Made by a program: the position numbers and the translations under genes. Shown here one piece after another: positions 26,928 through 34,645 of a DNA stretch of 42,630 nucleotides. The notes below the pieces were generated by a model. It saw nothing but the letters and a program-made list of their open reading frames with translations, did not search any database and was not told where the DNA came from. The DNA comes from Pseudonocardiaceae bacterium (GTDB taxonomy: Bacteria > Actinomycetota > Actinomycetes > Mycobacteriales > Pseudonocardiaceae), in the NCBI GenBank assembly GCA_025924655.1, contig JAICHZ010000001.1:1-42630 (forward strand), written 5' to 3'. Position 1 is the stretch's first letter. Each line of letters begins with the position of its first letter.

Positions 26928-27535
26928 CGGTGGTCGATCGGGTAGTGCAGAGCGTCGCCCCGGTGCAGTGTGTACTGCTCGCCGGCCACCTCAACGGCCA
27001 GCGTGCCGTCGAGCACGAGCAGCAGCTCCTCGCCCGGGTGCTGGGTGACCTCAGCGCCGGATTCGGCGCCCGGCGCCAGCGTTGCTATCTCCCCGGCGGT
27101 CCGGAAGCGCTCCCGGGGCCCGCCAATGCCGGCGAGCTCCACACCTGGAGCCGGTGCAGTCAGCGTCGGTCGCCCGGTGACTGGAGTGTGCGCGGCCACC
27201 TGCACGGGACCGGACGCAGCGTCGACGAAGTGTCCGATCGGACGGCCCAGCGCGGCAGCCAGCTTCAGCAGCGTGGTGATCGTCGGAACCATGTCGTTGC
27301 GCTCGACCTTGTGGATCGCGGCGGCTGACACGTCGGCGCGGCTCGCCAGCTGCTGCAGTGAAAGCCCAAGCTGCTGGCGCAGCTCATGAACCTTGGCGCC
27401 GATGGCGCCGACGATCGGCTCCCAATCCGGCACTGGGCCAACGCCCACTTGGCCGCCACGGTCACCCGCCAGCCCGTTGCGCTCCGGCCTGGCATCCGCG
27501 GAACCCGGGCCGCCTGTGGTCGCCGACCTGGCCAT
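26861..27535 (-). CDS. XRE-family HTH plus cupin-domain transcriptional regulator
   Basis: The HTH is LGLSLQQLASRADVSAAAIHKVERNDMVPTITTLLKLAAALG. The C-terminal cupin is HPGEELLLVLDGTLAVEVAGEQYTLHRGDALHY. The start is taken at Met9 (27535), which has AGGAGA 6 nt upstream. Met1 (27559) has no SD. Confidence 0.85.
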   Translation of the reverse strand: MARSATTGGPGSADARPERNGLAGDRGGQVGVGPVPDWEPIVGAIGAKVHELRQQLGLSLQQLASRADVSAAAIHKVERNDMVPTITTLLKLAAALGRPIGHFVDAASGPVQVAAHTPVTGRPTLTAPAPGVELAGIGGPRERFRTAGEIATLAPGAESGAEVTQHPGEELLLVLDGTLAVEVAGEQYTLHRGDALHYPIDHRYRWSNPGRRPTQVVRFSLRGR

Positions 27536-27546
27536 GAGTGATCTCC

Positions 27547-27574
27547 TTGACAGTGACATTGCGTTCAGTATGAT
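27547..27574 (+). promoter_or_regulatory. candidate sigma-70-like promoter for the flavoprotein/DsrE/nitrile-hydratase operon
   Basis: TTGACA (27547-27552), a 16-nt spacer, then TATGAT (27569-27574), about 75 nt upstream of GTG 27650. An imperfect palindrome overlaps it: GTGA.TGCGTT-N10-AACGCA.TCAC (27553-27587). Confidence 0.35.
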
Positions 27575-27649
27575 AAACGCACATCACTTATGGTGTATAC
27601 GTGGCTGCGTGGACGAGCCCCATCGTAAACGCCGGAAGAAGGGTTATCC

Positions 27650-28993
27650 GTGCCGCGCAAGACGGTGATCATTGGTGGGGGGGCCGCTGGTCTGGGCGCC
27701 GCCGGTGGTGTGAAGGCGGCCGATCCTGGAGCCGACGTCGTCGTCTACACCGAATACGAGGATGTTGCTTACAGCCCCTGCGGCATCCCCTATGTGCACG
27801 GCAAGGAGATCCCCGACTTCGAGCGGCTGTTCCTGGCCGGCAAGCAGACCTACATCGACGCAGGCATCGATGTGCACTACAGCACCGCGGTCACCGCGCT
27901 GGACACCGCGCACAAGATGGTCACGGTTGTTGGCGAGGGTCGGGTCTCCTACGACACCGTGGTCGTGGCCACCGGCTTCAACTATGCCGATCCCGGGGTG
28001 CCGGGCGGCGACCTCGGGGGCCTGTACTACGTCAAGAATATTCGCCGGGCCATGGAGTGGGACAAGGTTCTCGACTCGGTGAAAAAGGCCGTCGTAGTCG
28101 ACGCCTCGCCGCTCGGGGTGGAGATGGTCACCGCGCTCGCCCAGCGCGGCATCGAGACTCACCTGGTTGACCCATACCCGTGGCCGCTGGCTGAGATGGT
28201 CGACCCGGACATCATGGCGCCGGTCGAGGAGTCGTGGGGCGAGCTAGGCGTCGTCGCGCACTACAACAGCACGTTGGAGGCTTTCCTCGGCGACCACAGC
28301 GGCCACGTCCGTGCGGTGCGGACCTCCGAAGGTGAGCTGGAAGCCGAGATCGTCGTGGTGTGCACACACAAGGAGCCGAACAACACCCTCGCCGCGAAGG
28401 CCGGCCTGAAGCTCGGCTCGACCGGCGGCGTGATCGTCGACGCACGGATGTCCACCTCGGCGCCCCACGTCTTCGCCGCCGGCGACTGCGTCGAGATCCC
28501 GCACGGGCTGACCCGGGTTCCACTGCAGGGGCTGACCGGCAGCCACGCTTACGCTCAGGGCAAGGTCGCTGGCGCCAACGCCGGCGGCGGTAACCGGGCT
28601 TACCGCGCGGTGTACGTGCCGTGGGGTACCCCGGCTGGCAAGTGGGTGATCGGGGGTGCCTCCTTCGGCGAGACCACTGCCACCGCGTTGGGCATCCCGT
28701 ACGTGGTGGGGACCGCTCAGGGCATTTCGAGGGCCCGGTACTACCCGGGCGTCAAGCCGGTCAAGGTCAAGCTGCTCGCCGAGCCGGGCAGCCTGCGGCT
28801 GATCGGCGCCCAGATGGTCGGCCAAGAGGGAATCAAAGAGCGAGCCGACTTCCTCGCGATGGCGGTTAAGTTCGGCTTCACCCTGGGCGACCTTGCGACG
28901 ATGGAGAACGTCTACTCGCCGGCGATCGGGGCGCTCAACGAGCCCATCGTCCTGGCCGCACAGAAGGCCCTCGACTCACTCAAGAAGCGCTGA
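27650..28993 (+). CDS. pyridine-nucleotide-disulfide oxidoreductase of the CoA-disulfide reductase / NADH oxidase type
   Basis: It has an N-terminal GGGAAG Rossmann motif and a single redox Cys in YSPCGIPY. A second dinucleotide fold (KKAVVVDASPLGVEM) and FAAGDC follow. The C-terminal dimerisation region is LIGAQMVGQEGIKERADFLAMAV. Confidence 0.85.
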   Translation: MPRKTVIIGGGAAGLGAAGGVKAADPGADVVVYTEYEDVAYSPCGIPYVHGKEIPDFERLFLAGKQTYIDAGIDVHYSTAVTALDTAHKMVTVVGEGRVSYDTVVVATGFNYADPGVPGGDLGGLYYVKNIRRAMEWDKVLDSVKKAVVVDASPLGVEMVTALAQRGIETHLVDPYPWPLAEMVDPDIMAPVEESWGELGVVAHYNSTLEAFLGDHSGHVRAVRTSEGELEAEIVVVCTHKEPNNTLAAKAGLKLGSTGGVIVDARMSTSAPHVFAAGDCVEIPHGLTRVPLQGLTGSHAYAQGKVAGANAGGGNRAYRAVYVPWGTPAGKWVIGGASFGETTATALGIPYVVGTAQGISRARYYPGVKPVKVKLLAEPGSLRLIGAQMVGQEGIKERADFLAMAVKFGFTLGDLATMENVYSPAIGALNEPIVLAAQKALDSLKKR

Positions 28994-28994
28994 C

Positions 28995-29252
28995 ATGTCG
29001 TTTTTCCAGTGGCTACGCCGCAACTCCGAGCATTACCTGATGATCGCGGCGCACGAGCAACTGGCGCAGCAGTACTCCGGGCGGGCCCCGCGCCCGCCGC
29101 GCGGCCTCAAGGAGTTGTTCTGGCTGCGTCTGTTCGTCCCCATTTACCGGGCACTGCCCTGGCTGGTGCGGCAGCGGATCATGCAGTCCATGCCGGGCAG
29201 TCACCGCCAACAATGGGCGCCGCCTCCCCGGACGCAGAACCCGGCGGTGTGA
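28995..29252 (+). CDS. small hypothetical protein (85 aa)
   Basis: Its ATG lies 1 nt after the flavoprotein stop. [27 protein letters not shown]...[18 protein letters not shown] has one amphipathic or hydrophobic stretch. I recognise no family. Confidence 0.5.
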   Translation: MSFFQWLRRNSEHYLMIAAHEQLAQQYSGRAPRPPRGLKELFWLRLFVPIYRALPWLVRQRIMQSMPGSHRQQWAPPPRTQNPAV

Positions 29253-29286
29253 TCGCGAGATCCGCGCAAAGAAAACAACCCCGATA

Positions 29287-29790
29287 ATGAAAGGAAGTCT
29301 CCCGGTGGCACAGATCGTGGGTGAAAGGGTTAGCAAGGGCGACGCGATCGTCGACTACGAGGAAAAAGTATTCGAGGACATTCAGGCCGAGCCGGGCGAG
29401 AAGGCGTACATCCTCATGCACACAGTGCCATTCGAGGGCTCGGTAGGTCTGGTCAATATGCTGACGGCGACCCGGATCAACCGCAAGGGGTTCGACACGC
29501 ATCTGGTGCTTTACGGCCCGGGATCACTGATGGCGGCGGCTACCCGCGGCTATCCGAAGGTCGGCGATGAGCCGTTCCCCGGTGCGCTGAGCTATAACAA
29601 GCAGCTGCAGACGTTCATGAACGAGGGCGGGCACGTCTACGCCTGCCGGTTCTCGGCCGCCGCGCTCTACGGCATGCGCGAGATCGACATGATGGAGGGC
29701 GTGAAGCCGATCAACCCGCTCGATGTCCTGGATTCGGTGCTGACGGCCCGCCGGCAGAATGCGCTGATCATGCAGACTTGGACCGTCTGA
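29287..29790 (+). CDS. DsrE/DsrF-fold protein, plausibly MSMEG_0572/Sll0783 (NitB) family
   Basis: The protein has 167 aa. [40 protein letters not shown] and [16 protein letters not shown] give a DsrE-like pattern with a conserved Cys. An alternative start is GTG 29305, with AAGGAAG upstream. The family assignment is from memory only. Confidence 0.65.
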   Translation: MKGSLPVAQIVGERVSKGDAIVDYEEKVFEDIQAEPGEKAYILMHTVPFEGSVGLVNMLTATRINRKGFDTHLVLYGPGSLMAAATRGYPKVGDEPFPGALSYNKQLQTFMNEGGHVYACRFSAAALYGMREIDMMEGVKPINPLDVLDSVLTARRQNALIMQTWTV

Positions 29791-29793
29791 ACC

Positions 29794-29839
29794 CTCGTGA
29801 GTGCGTAACAGTGTCAGGACACTGTTACGCACTCACGAG
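29794..29839. repeat. perfect 46-bp palindrome (22-bp arms, 2-nt centre) between the DsrE-like gene and the nitrile hydratase genes
   Basis: CTCGTGAGTGCGTAACAGTGTC-AG-GACACTGTTACGCACTCACGAG. I verified that the arms are exact reverse complements. It starts 4 nt after the upstream stop and ends 18 nt before the nthB GTG, with no T-tract after it. Confidence 0.9.
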
Positions 29840-29857
29840 CACCGGAGGTGCATCATC

Positions 29858-30523
29858 GTGAACCGGATCGCGGACCTGGGCGGCACCGAAGGCTGGGGCC
29901 GGGTCAAGACGCCGACCGCGGACGAACCTGTCTTCGCGCAGGAGTGGGAAGGTCGGGCGTTCGCGTTGGCCTTGCTGTCAATGGGTCGGGTGTCCGGCCG
30001 CAACCTTGACGCGTTCCGGCACGCGCTGGAACGCCTGGGGCGCCCCGAATACTTCGACACCTACTACGGGCGGTGGCTGCATGCGGCCGAGCTGATGCTC
30101 GTCGAGAGCGCAATTCTCGCCCCCGGCGCGGTGGAGGCTCGGGCCCGCAAGCTGCGCGGTGAGGACGTCGATGAGCCACCGGTGCCCGAGCCGAACAAGC
30201 CTGATTACGCGCCGACCGCCGCGGGCTCGCTGCGCACCGTGGAGGACGCACCGCGTTTCGCCGTCGGTGAGCGGGTGCGCGCCAAAGACCTGGAGCCGAA
30301 AGGCCACACCCGGTTACCGCACTACCTGCGCGGGCATTGCGGCACCATAGAGATGATCCAGCCCGCGGCGCTGCTGCCGGACACCCACGCCCACTTCCTC
30401 GGCGAAAACGCGCAACATGTCTACACCGTGCGTTTCGACTCCCGCGAGCTGTGGGGAGCCGATGCCCAGCCCTTCGCGCTGAGCAGCGAGCTGTACGAGA
30501 GCTACCTGGAGCCCGTGTCATGA
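29858..30523 (+). CDS. nthB: nitrile hydratase beta subunit
   Basis: The start is taken at GTG 29858, with GGAGG 9 nt upstream. [14 protein letters not shown] matches the MDGIHDLGG-type N-terminus, along with [27 protein letters not shown] and VYTVRF. Confidence 0.9.
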   Translation: MNRIADLGGTEGWGRVKTPTADEPVFAQEWEGRAFALALLSMGRVSGRNLDAFRHALERLGRPEYFDTYYGRWLHAAELMLVESAILAPGAVEARARKLRGEDVDEPPVPEPNKPDYAPTAAGSLRTVEDAPRFAVGERVRAKDLEPKGHTRLPHYLRGHCGTIEMIQPAALLPDTHAHFLGENAQHVYTVRFDSRELWGADAQPFALSSELYESYLEPVS

Positions 30524-31116
30524 GTGAGACGACCCCTGCCGACCGGCTGCCGATCGAGCTGCGTACCGAGGCGCTGGAGCAGCTGCTCACCGAGCGCGGG
30601 CTGGTCGACCCGTCGGTGATGGACAAGTTCATCCAGACTTACGAGACATCGGTCGGGCCGATGAACGGCGCCAAGGTGATCGCCAAGGCGTGGACCGACC
30701 CGGACTACCGCGAGCGACTACTCGCTGACGGCACTGCTGCGATTGCCGAGCTCGGCTTTAAGGGGCCGCAGGGCGAGCACATCGTGGTCGTAGAAAACAC
30801 CCCGCAGCGGCACAACGTGATCGTCTGCACGTTGTGCTCGTGCTACCCGTGGCCGGTGCTGGGGCTGCCGCCGAGCTGGTACAAGGACCCGGCTTACCGC
30901 GCCCGGGTGGTGCGCGAGCCGCGGGTGGTGCTGGCCGAGATGGGTCTCGAGCTGCCCGCCGACACCGAGATCGTGGTCCGGGACTCCAGCTCCGAGGTGC
31001 GCTGGCTGGTGCTGCCGGAGCAGCCAGCAGGCACCGAGGACCTGTCTGAGCAGGAGCTGGCCGGACTGGTCACCCGCGACGCCATGGTGGGCGTGGCGAA
31101 GGTCAAGGCGCCATGA
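30520..31116 (+). CDS. nthA: nitrile hydratase alpha subunit, cobalt type
   Basis: An ATGA overlap links it to the beta stop. The metal site [21 protein letters not shown] has Thr and Tyr in the Co-type positions. Confidence 0.95.
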   Translation: MSETTPADRLPIELRTEALEQLLTERGLVDPSVMDKFIQTYETSVGPMNGAKVIAKAWTDPDYRERLLADGTAAIAELGFKGPQGEHIVVVENTPQRHNVIVCTLCSCYPWPVLGLPPSWYKDPAYRARVVREPRVVLAEMGLELPADTEIVVRDSSSEVRWLVLPEQPAGTEDLSEQELAGLVTRDAMVGVAKVKAP

Positions 31117-31457
31117 CGGCGGCCGCGCCGCTGGAGATCGACGGTTCCGCCGCACCGCCGCGCAGCAATGGCGAGCTGGTCTTCGCCGAGCCGTGGGAGA
31201 GCCGGGCGTTCGGCCTGGCCGTCACCCTCTACGACGCCGGCGCCTTCGAATGGGCGCAGTTCCAGGCCGCGCTGGTCGCACAGATTGCTGCGTGGGAACG
31301 TGCGCACCCGTCGGGGGAGTGCTTCAGCTACTACCGCTGCTGGCTCGGCGCGCTGGAGTCGGTGCTCGTGGACGCCGGGATGGTCGGCCCGAACGACGTT
31401 GTCGAGCGCGCCACCGCCCTCGCTAGCCGTCCCCCCGACCACGACCACGACCGCTGA
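31113..31457 (+). CDS. nitrile hydratase accessory (activator / metallochaperone) protein
   Basis: An ATGA overlap links it to the alpha stop. The 114-aa protein has a beta-subunit-like N-terminus ([16 protein letters not shown]), as in NhlE/P14K-type activators. Confidence 0.8.
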   Translation: MTAAAPLEIDGSAAPPRSNGELVFAEPWESRAFGLAVTLYDAGAFEWAQFQAALVAQIAAWERAHPSGECFSYYRCWLGALESVLVDAGMVGPNDVVERATALASRPPDHDHDR

Positions 31458-31856
31458 AGCAGGCGGACCTTGGCCCAGCTGACTTTCTTCCCCCGGTCCG
31501 CTACAGCTACGTTCGGTTATGACAAGCTGCGGCACGTTCGCTCCGCCAAGGGACAGGATGAAGCCAACTTCAATGGCACCAAGTTCAGCCTGCCCAATGT
31601 GCATCCACGAAGTCGCCGTGCCCGTGGAGCTAGCCGACGGCACACCACCGCCGTGACCCGGGCCGCGAATGCTACCCGGCCGCCGACTACCGCACCGAGA
31701 CGCAGCCCGCGAGATGACCTCGATCATCGACTGACAGGGGTTGATCTCTGAGGGTCGGGCTGCGGTCCGATCGCGATGTCCTCAAACGTGCCTCACCCAA
31801 CCGCCACGTCACCTACCAACCCGGCTGCCGCCTCTGCGGTCCGAGGCGAAGCCTCG

Positions 31857-33080
31857 TTAGAAAACGGTCGTTCGCTGCCGAGCGCGCCTCCAAGCCCGCA
31901 CCTCTGCGTAGACCTTCAGGTGCCGCCGGGCGCTCGCTTCCCAGGTGAACCGCGGCAGGAGGGTTCGGCCGCCGGCCCGCAGCCGCTCCCGCAATCCCGG
32001 GTCGGTAACCAGTTCGCGCATCGCGCCAGCCAGGCTCGCGGCGTCGGCAACCCTGGGCAGAAGCGCGTCTACGTGGTCGGTGAGGTACTCCCGGAAGACC
32101 GGCAGGTCGGTGGCGATCACCGGCAGGTCTTGGCTCATCGCTTCCAGCACCGCGAGTCCCCAGCCCTCCTTGACCGACGGAAAGGCCAGCGCGTCGGCGC
32201 TCTGGTACCACCCGGCGAGCTCCGCGTCATCGACGGTGCCGAGCAGCACCACGTCGCGCCCGAGCGCGAGCCCGAGCCCGGGCAGCGAGTCCAGCGCAGC
32301 GTCCCGGTAGGCGGCGTAGTCCTGAAAGGAATGCCCGCCAACAATCGCCAGCACCGCGGGCGTGGTCAGCTCCCGCCGCAGCCGTCCCAGCGCCTCGAAG
32401 AGGTACACGCTGCCCTTACGCGGCTCCACGCCGCCGACAGCGAGGAACAGAAACGTGCGCTCGTCGGTGATCCCGATCCGGGCCCGCAGCTCGGCGCGCG
32501 AAGCCGGCGGTATTCGCGAGAAGCGCTCAAGGTCCACCCCGTTGGGCACGACCACCGGCTCGACGCCGTAGTCCGCGCGCAGGATCCGGCGCCACTGCTC
32601 GCTGACCACGAGCACCTGGTCGGGCTCCAGGATCGCCTCGCGCTGGCAGGTGATCAGCACCGGGGTGGTGAAGTCATCGACGTGATGCACCGTGCGCACC
32701 ACCGATACGGGTGCCCCCGCGTCACGCACCCGGGCCGCCGCCCGGGCCGCGATGCAGTCCTGCGCGTGCAGGATGTCGGCTCGAACGGTGGAACCGTCGA
32801 TCCGGCGCTCGACGGTGGAACCGTCGTCGACCAGCCTGGCGAGCCCGTCGGTCAGCACGTCGATCGATGCGAATACCCGCTCCTCGAGCGAGCCGCTCTT
32901 GGCTGGCGCTGGAAGCACAGTGTGCGGTACCGCTGTCGGTCGGAATAACCCCACTGCGGGATCTCCCAACGCGATCAGGTGTACGGGGTGGCCCTGCCGG
33001 TGCAGCTCCTCGGCCAAGCCCATCGTGTGCACCAGGCCACCGCGCGGCTTGGTCGAGTGGGTAACGAGCGCGACTGTCAT
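31857..33080 (-). CDS. GT4-family glycosyltransferase, plausibly MSMEG_0565 family
   Basis: The N-terminus is MTVALVTHSTKPRGGLVHTMGLAEEL. The C-terminal GT-B motif is PSVKEGWGLAVLEAMSQDLPVIATD. An ATGA overlap links it to the upstream fdrA-like stop. Confidence 0.85.
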   Translation of the reverse strand: MTVALVTHSTKPRGGLVHTMGLAEELHRQGHPVHLIALGDPAVGLFRPTAVPHTVLPAPAKSGSLEERVFASIDVLTDGLARLVDDGSTVERRIDGSTVRADILHAQDCIAARAAARVRDAGAPVSVVRTVHHVDDFTTPVLITCQREAILEPDQVLVVSEQWRRILRADYGVEPVVVPNGVDLERFSRIPPASRAELRARIGITDERTFLFLAVGGVEPRKGSVYLFEALGRLRRELTTPAVLAIVGGHSFQDYAAYRDAALDSLPGLGLALGRDVVLLGTVDDAELAGWYQSADALAFPSVKEGWGLAVLEAMSQDLPVIATDLPVFREYLTDHVDALLPRVADAASLAGAMRELVTDPGLRERLRAGGRTLLPRFTWEASARRHLKVYAEVRAWRRARQRTTVF

Positions 33081-34645
33081 AGCTGGGTCTGGGAAAGCTC
33101 GGGGTCACGGCTGACGATCGCAGCGGCGGCCAGCGAGGCTCGGGCTGCGGTCTCGGTGACCACACAGCCGGCGTCGATGAAGGCCTGGCGTTGCGCGTCG
33201 AAGCCCTGCGGGTCGGCTTCGGTGCCGAGCACGTAGACGACGATCACGGGACCGCCGTTCGCGGTGATCTCGGCGCATACCGGCGCCAGCTCACCAGCCG
33301 GGTCGTCGTGCGCGCCGTAGCCGAGCACGACATCCAGGATGACTACGGCGACGTCCGGGTCGGTGCCCTGTTCGCGAAGCAGCGCGATGCGCGCCTCGGG
33401 ATCGATCATCGGGTGCGGCCGTCCCTTGGTGTACTCCTCCTCGCCGAGGTCGAGGCAGGTGTGACTGCCTGCCGGCGCCGGCAGCCCGAAGGCGGAATCC
33501 AGCGGAGTGTTGGAGTACACCGGCCCGAGGTGCCCAGGGAGATACCGGGAGAGGATGACCAGCGACTCGTAGCACAGCGTGCCGCCGGAGAACAGCCCGC
33601 GGATCAGCCGCCGCTGCTCGGGTAGCTCCGCGATCGCGGCTGCCACCCGCTCGCGCAGCCCGACTGCCGGGTTGGGCGGTTGCCGGCCCAGTGCGGCCAG
33701 CGTCGCGATCACCCCGGACTCCAAGGTGTCGGCGACCGTGACCCCGTCCGGCACCTCCATCCCGCACGGCAGGCCGAGCAGCGCGGCGATGACCAGTTTG
33801 TCGCCGCCGGCGGCCGGCAGCACTGCGCGGACCACCTCGGGCGAGGGCGGCTTGGACACCAGCAGCACCACCTCGGTGCGCTCGTCATGGGCCAGCGCCC
33901 GCAGCGCCGAGCGCGCCATCAGGCCACCCACGTCCGACGAGAGGTCTCTGCCACCGAGGCCGATGACGTGCGAGACGCCGACGCCCCAGCGGTCCAGCAG
34001 ACTCATCGCCTCCTGCGCGCCGGTGCCGGCGGCAGCGACCACGGCCACTGGGCCCGGCGTGGTGACGTTGGCGAAACCCAGGCAGGTGCCGCCGAGCATC
34101 GCGGTGCCCGCTCCGGGGCCCATGACCAGCCGGCCCAGCCGCTCGGCGCGTTGTTTGAGCGCCACTTCGGCGGCCAGCGAGACATTGTCGCTGAACAACA
34201 GCACGTCCAGGCCGGCCGACAGGGCCTTGTGCGCCTCCAGCGCTGCGTAGTCGCCGGGAACCGAGACCACTGCGATGTTGCTGTCCGGCGCCCGGTCCAG
34301 CGCGTCGCGCAGGGTTCTCGGCGACTGCTCGGTCCCAGAGCTGTCGCCGGACTTGCCGCCAGCGCCGCGGCTGTCGAAGATGCTGGCCCGGCCGGCCTCC
34401 TCAGCCTCCCCGGCGACCTCTTCAGCGGAAGCGCGCACCGCAATGACCAGATCGTTGGAGCTGCCGCCGGACCAGTCCTGCGGGTTGAAACCCTGCTCGG
34501 TGAGAGTGTCGAGGTTCGCCGGCGTGGCCATCGCGGCGGTGGCCCACTCGACGCCGTCAACGGCGCGCATCGCCCGGGTGCCGGCGAGCTGCACCACCGA
34601 GTCGACGTAGGTATCGCGGAACAGTCGGACCCTGGTGATGCTCAT
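33077..34645 (-). CDS. fdrA: FdrA-family protein (succinyl-CoA-synthetase-alpha-like; AllF-type)
   Basis: MSITRVRLFRDTYVDSVVQLAGTRAM and AMATPANLDTL resemble the FdrA N-terminus. CoA-ligase-like Gly-rich segments follow (VMGPGAGTAMLGG, VVAAAGTGAQE). An ATGA overlap links it to the carbamate kinase stop. Confidence 0.85.
   Translation of the reverse strand: MSITRVRLFRDTYVDSVVQLAGTRAMRAVDGVEWATAAMATPANLDTLTEQGFNPQDWSGGSSNDLVIAVRASAEEVAGEAEEAGRASIFDSRGAGGKSGDSSGTEQSPRTLRDALDRAPDSNIAVVSVPGDYAALEAHKALSAGLDVLLFSDNVSLAAEVALKQRAERLGRLVMGPGAGTAMLGGTCLGFANVTTPGPVAVVAAAGTGAQEAMSLLDRWGVGVSHVIGLGGRDLSSDVGGLMARSALRALAHDERTEVVLLVSKPPSPEVVRAVLPAAGGDKLVIAALLGLPCGMEVPDGVTVADTLESGVIATLAALGRQPPNPAVGLRERVAAAIAELPEQRRLIRGLFSGGTLCYESLVILSRYLPGHLGPVYSNTPLDSAFGLPAPAGSHTCLDLGEEEYTKGRPHPMIDPEARIALLREQGTDPDVAVVILDVVLGYGAHDDPAGELAPVCAEITANGGPVIVVYVLGTEADPQGFDAQRQAFIDAGCVVTETAARASLAAAAIVSRDPELSQTQL

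Noticed and set aside
27650-28993. I considered whether the flavoprotein is the Nit1C flavin-dependent oxidoreductase (MSMEG_0569 / NitH).
   Set aside because: As I recall, the Nit1C flavoprotein is FMO/CzcO-like. This one has the single-Cys SPCGIPY site and the C-terminal dimerisation domain of CoADR/Nox enzymes. I therefore treat it as a different, additional component. Only an HMM comparison can settle this.
29858-31116. I considered whether the hydratase genes encode thiocyanate hydrolase rather than nitrile hydratase.
   Set aside because: Thiocyanate hydrolase has three subunits, with the beta-equivalent split into two polypeptides. Here the beta subunit is a single 221-aa protein with the usual N-terminus, and a typical NHase activator follows. 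Activity on thiocyanate-like substrates remains an open experimental question.
31558-31656. A small unlisted ORF (MKPTSMAPSSACPMCIHEVAVPVELADGTPPP) lies in the 400-bp gap between the nitrile hydratase accessory gene and the GT4 gene. I considered it as a RiPP-like precursor for the radical SAM enzyme.
   Set aside because: Its third-codon positions are much less GC-rich than in real genes here. It has no convincing Shine-Dalgarno sequence. It lies ~5 kb from the radical SAM gene, on a stretch that looks like non-coding or decayed DNA. I cannot support it from sequence alone.
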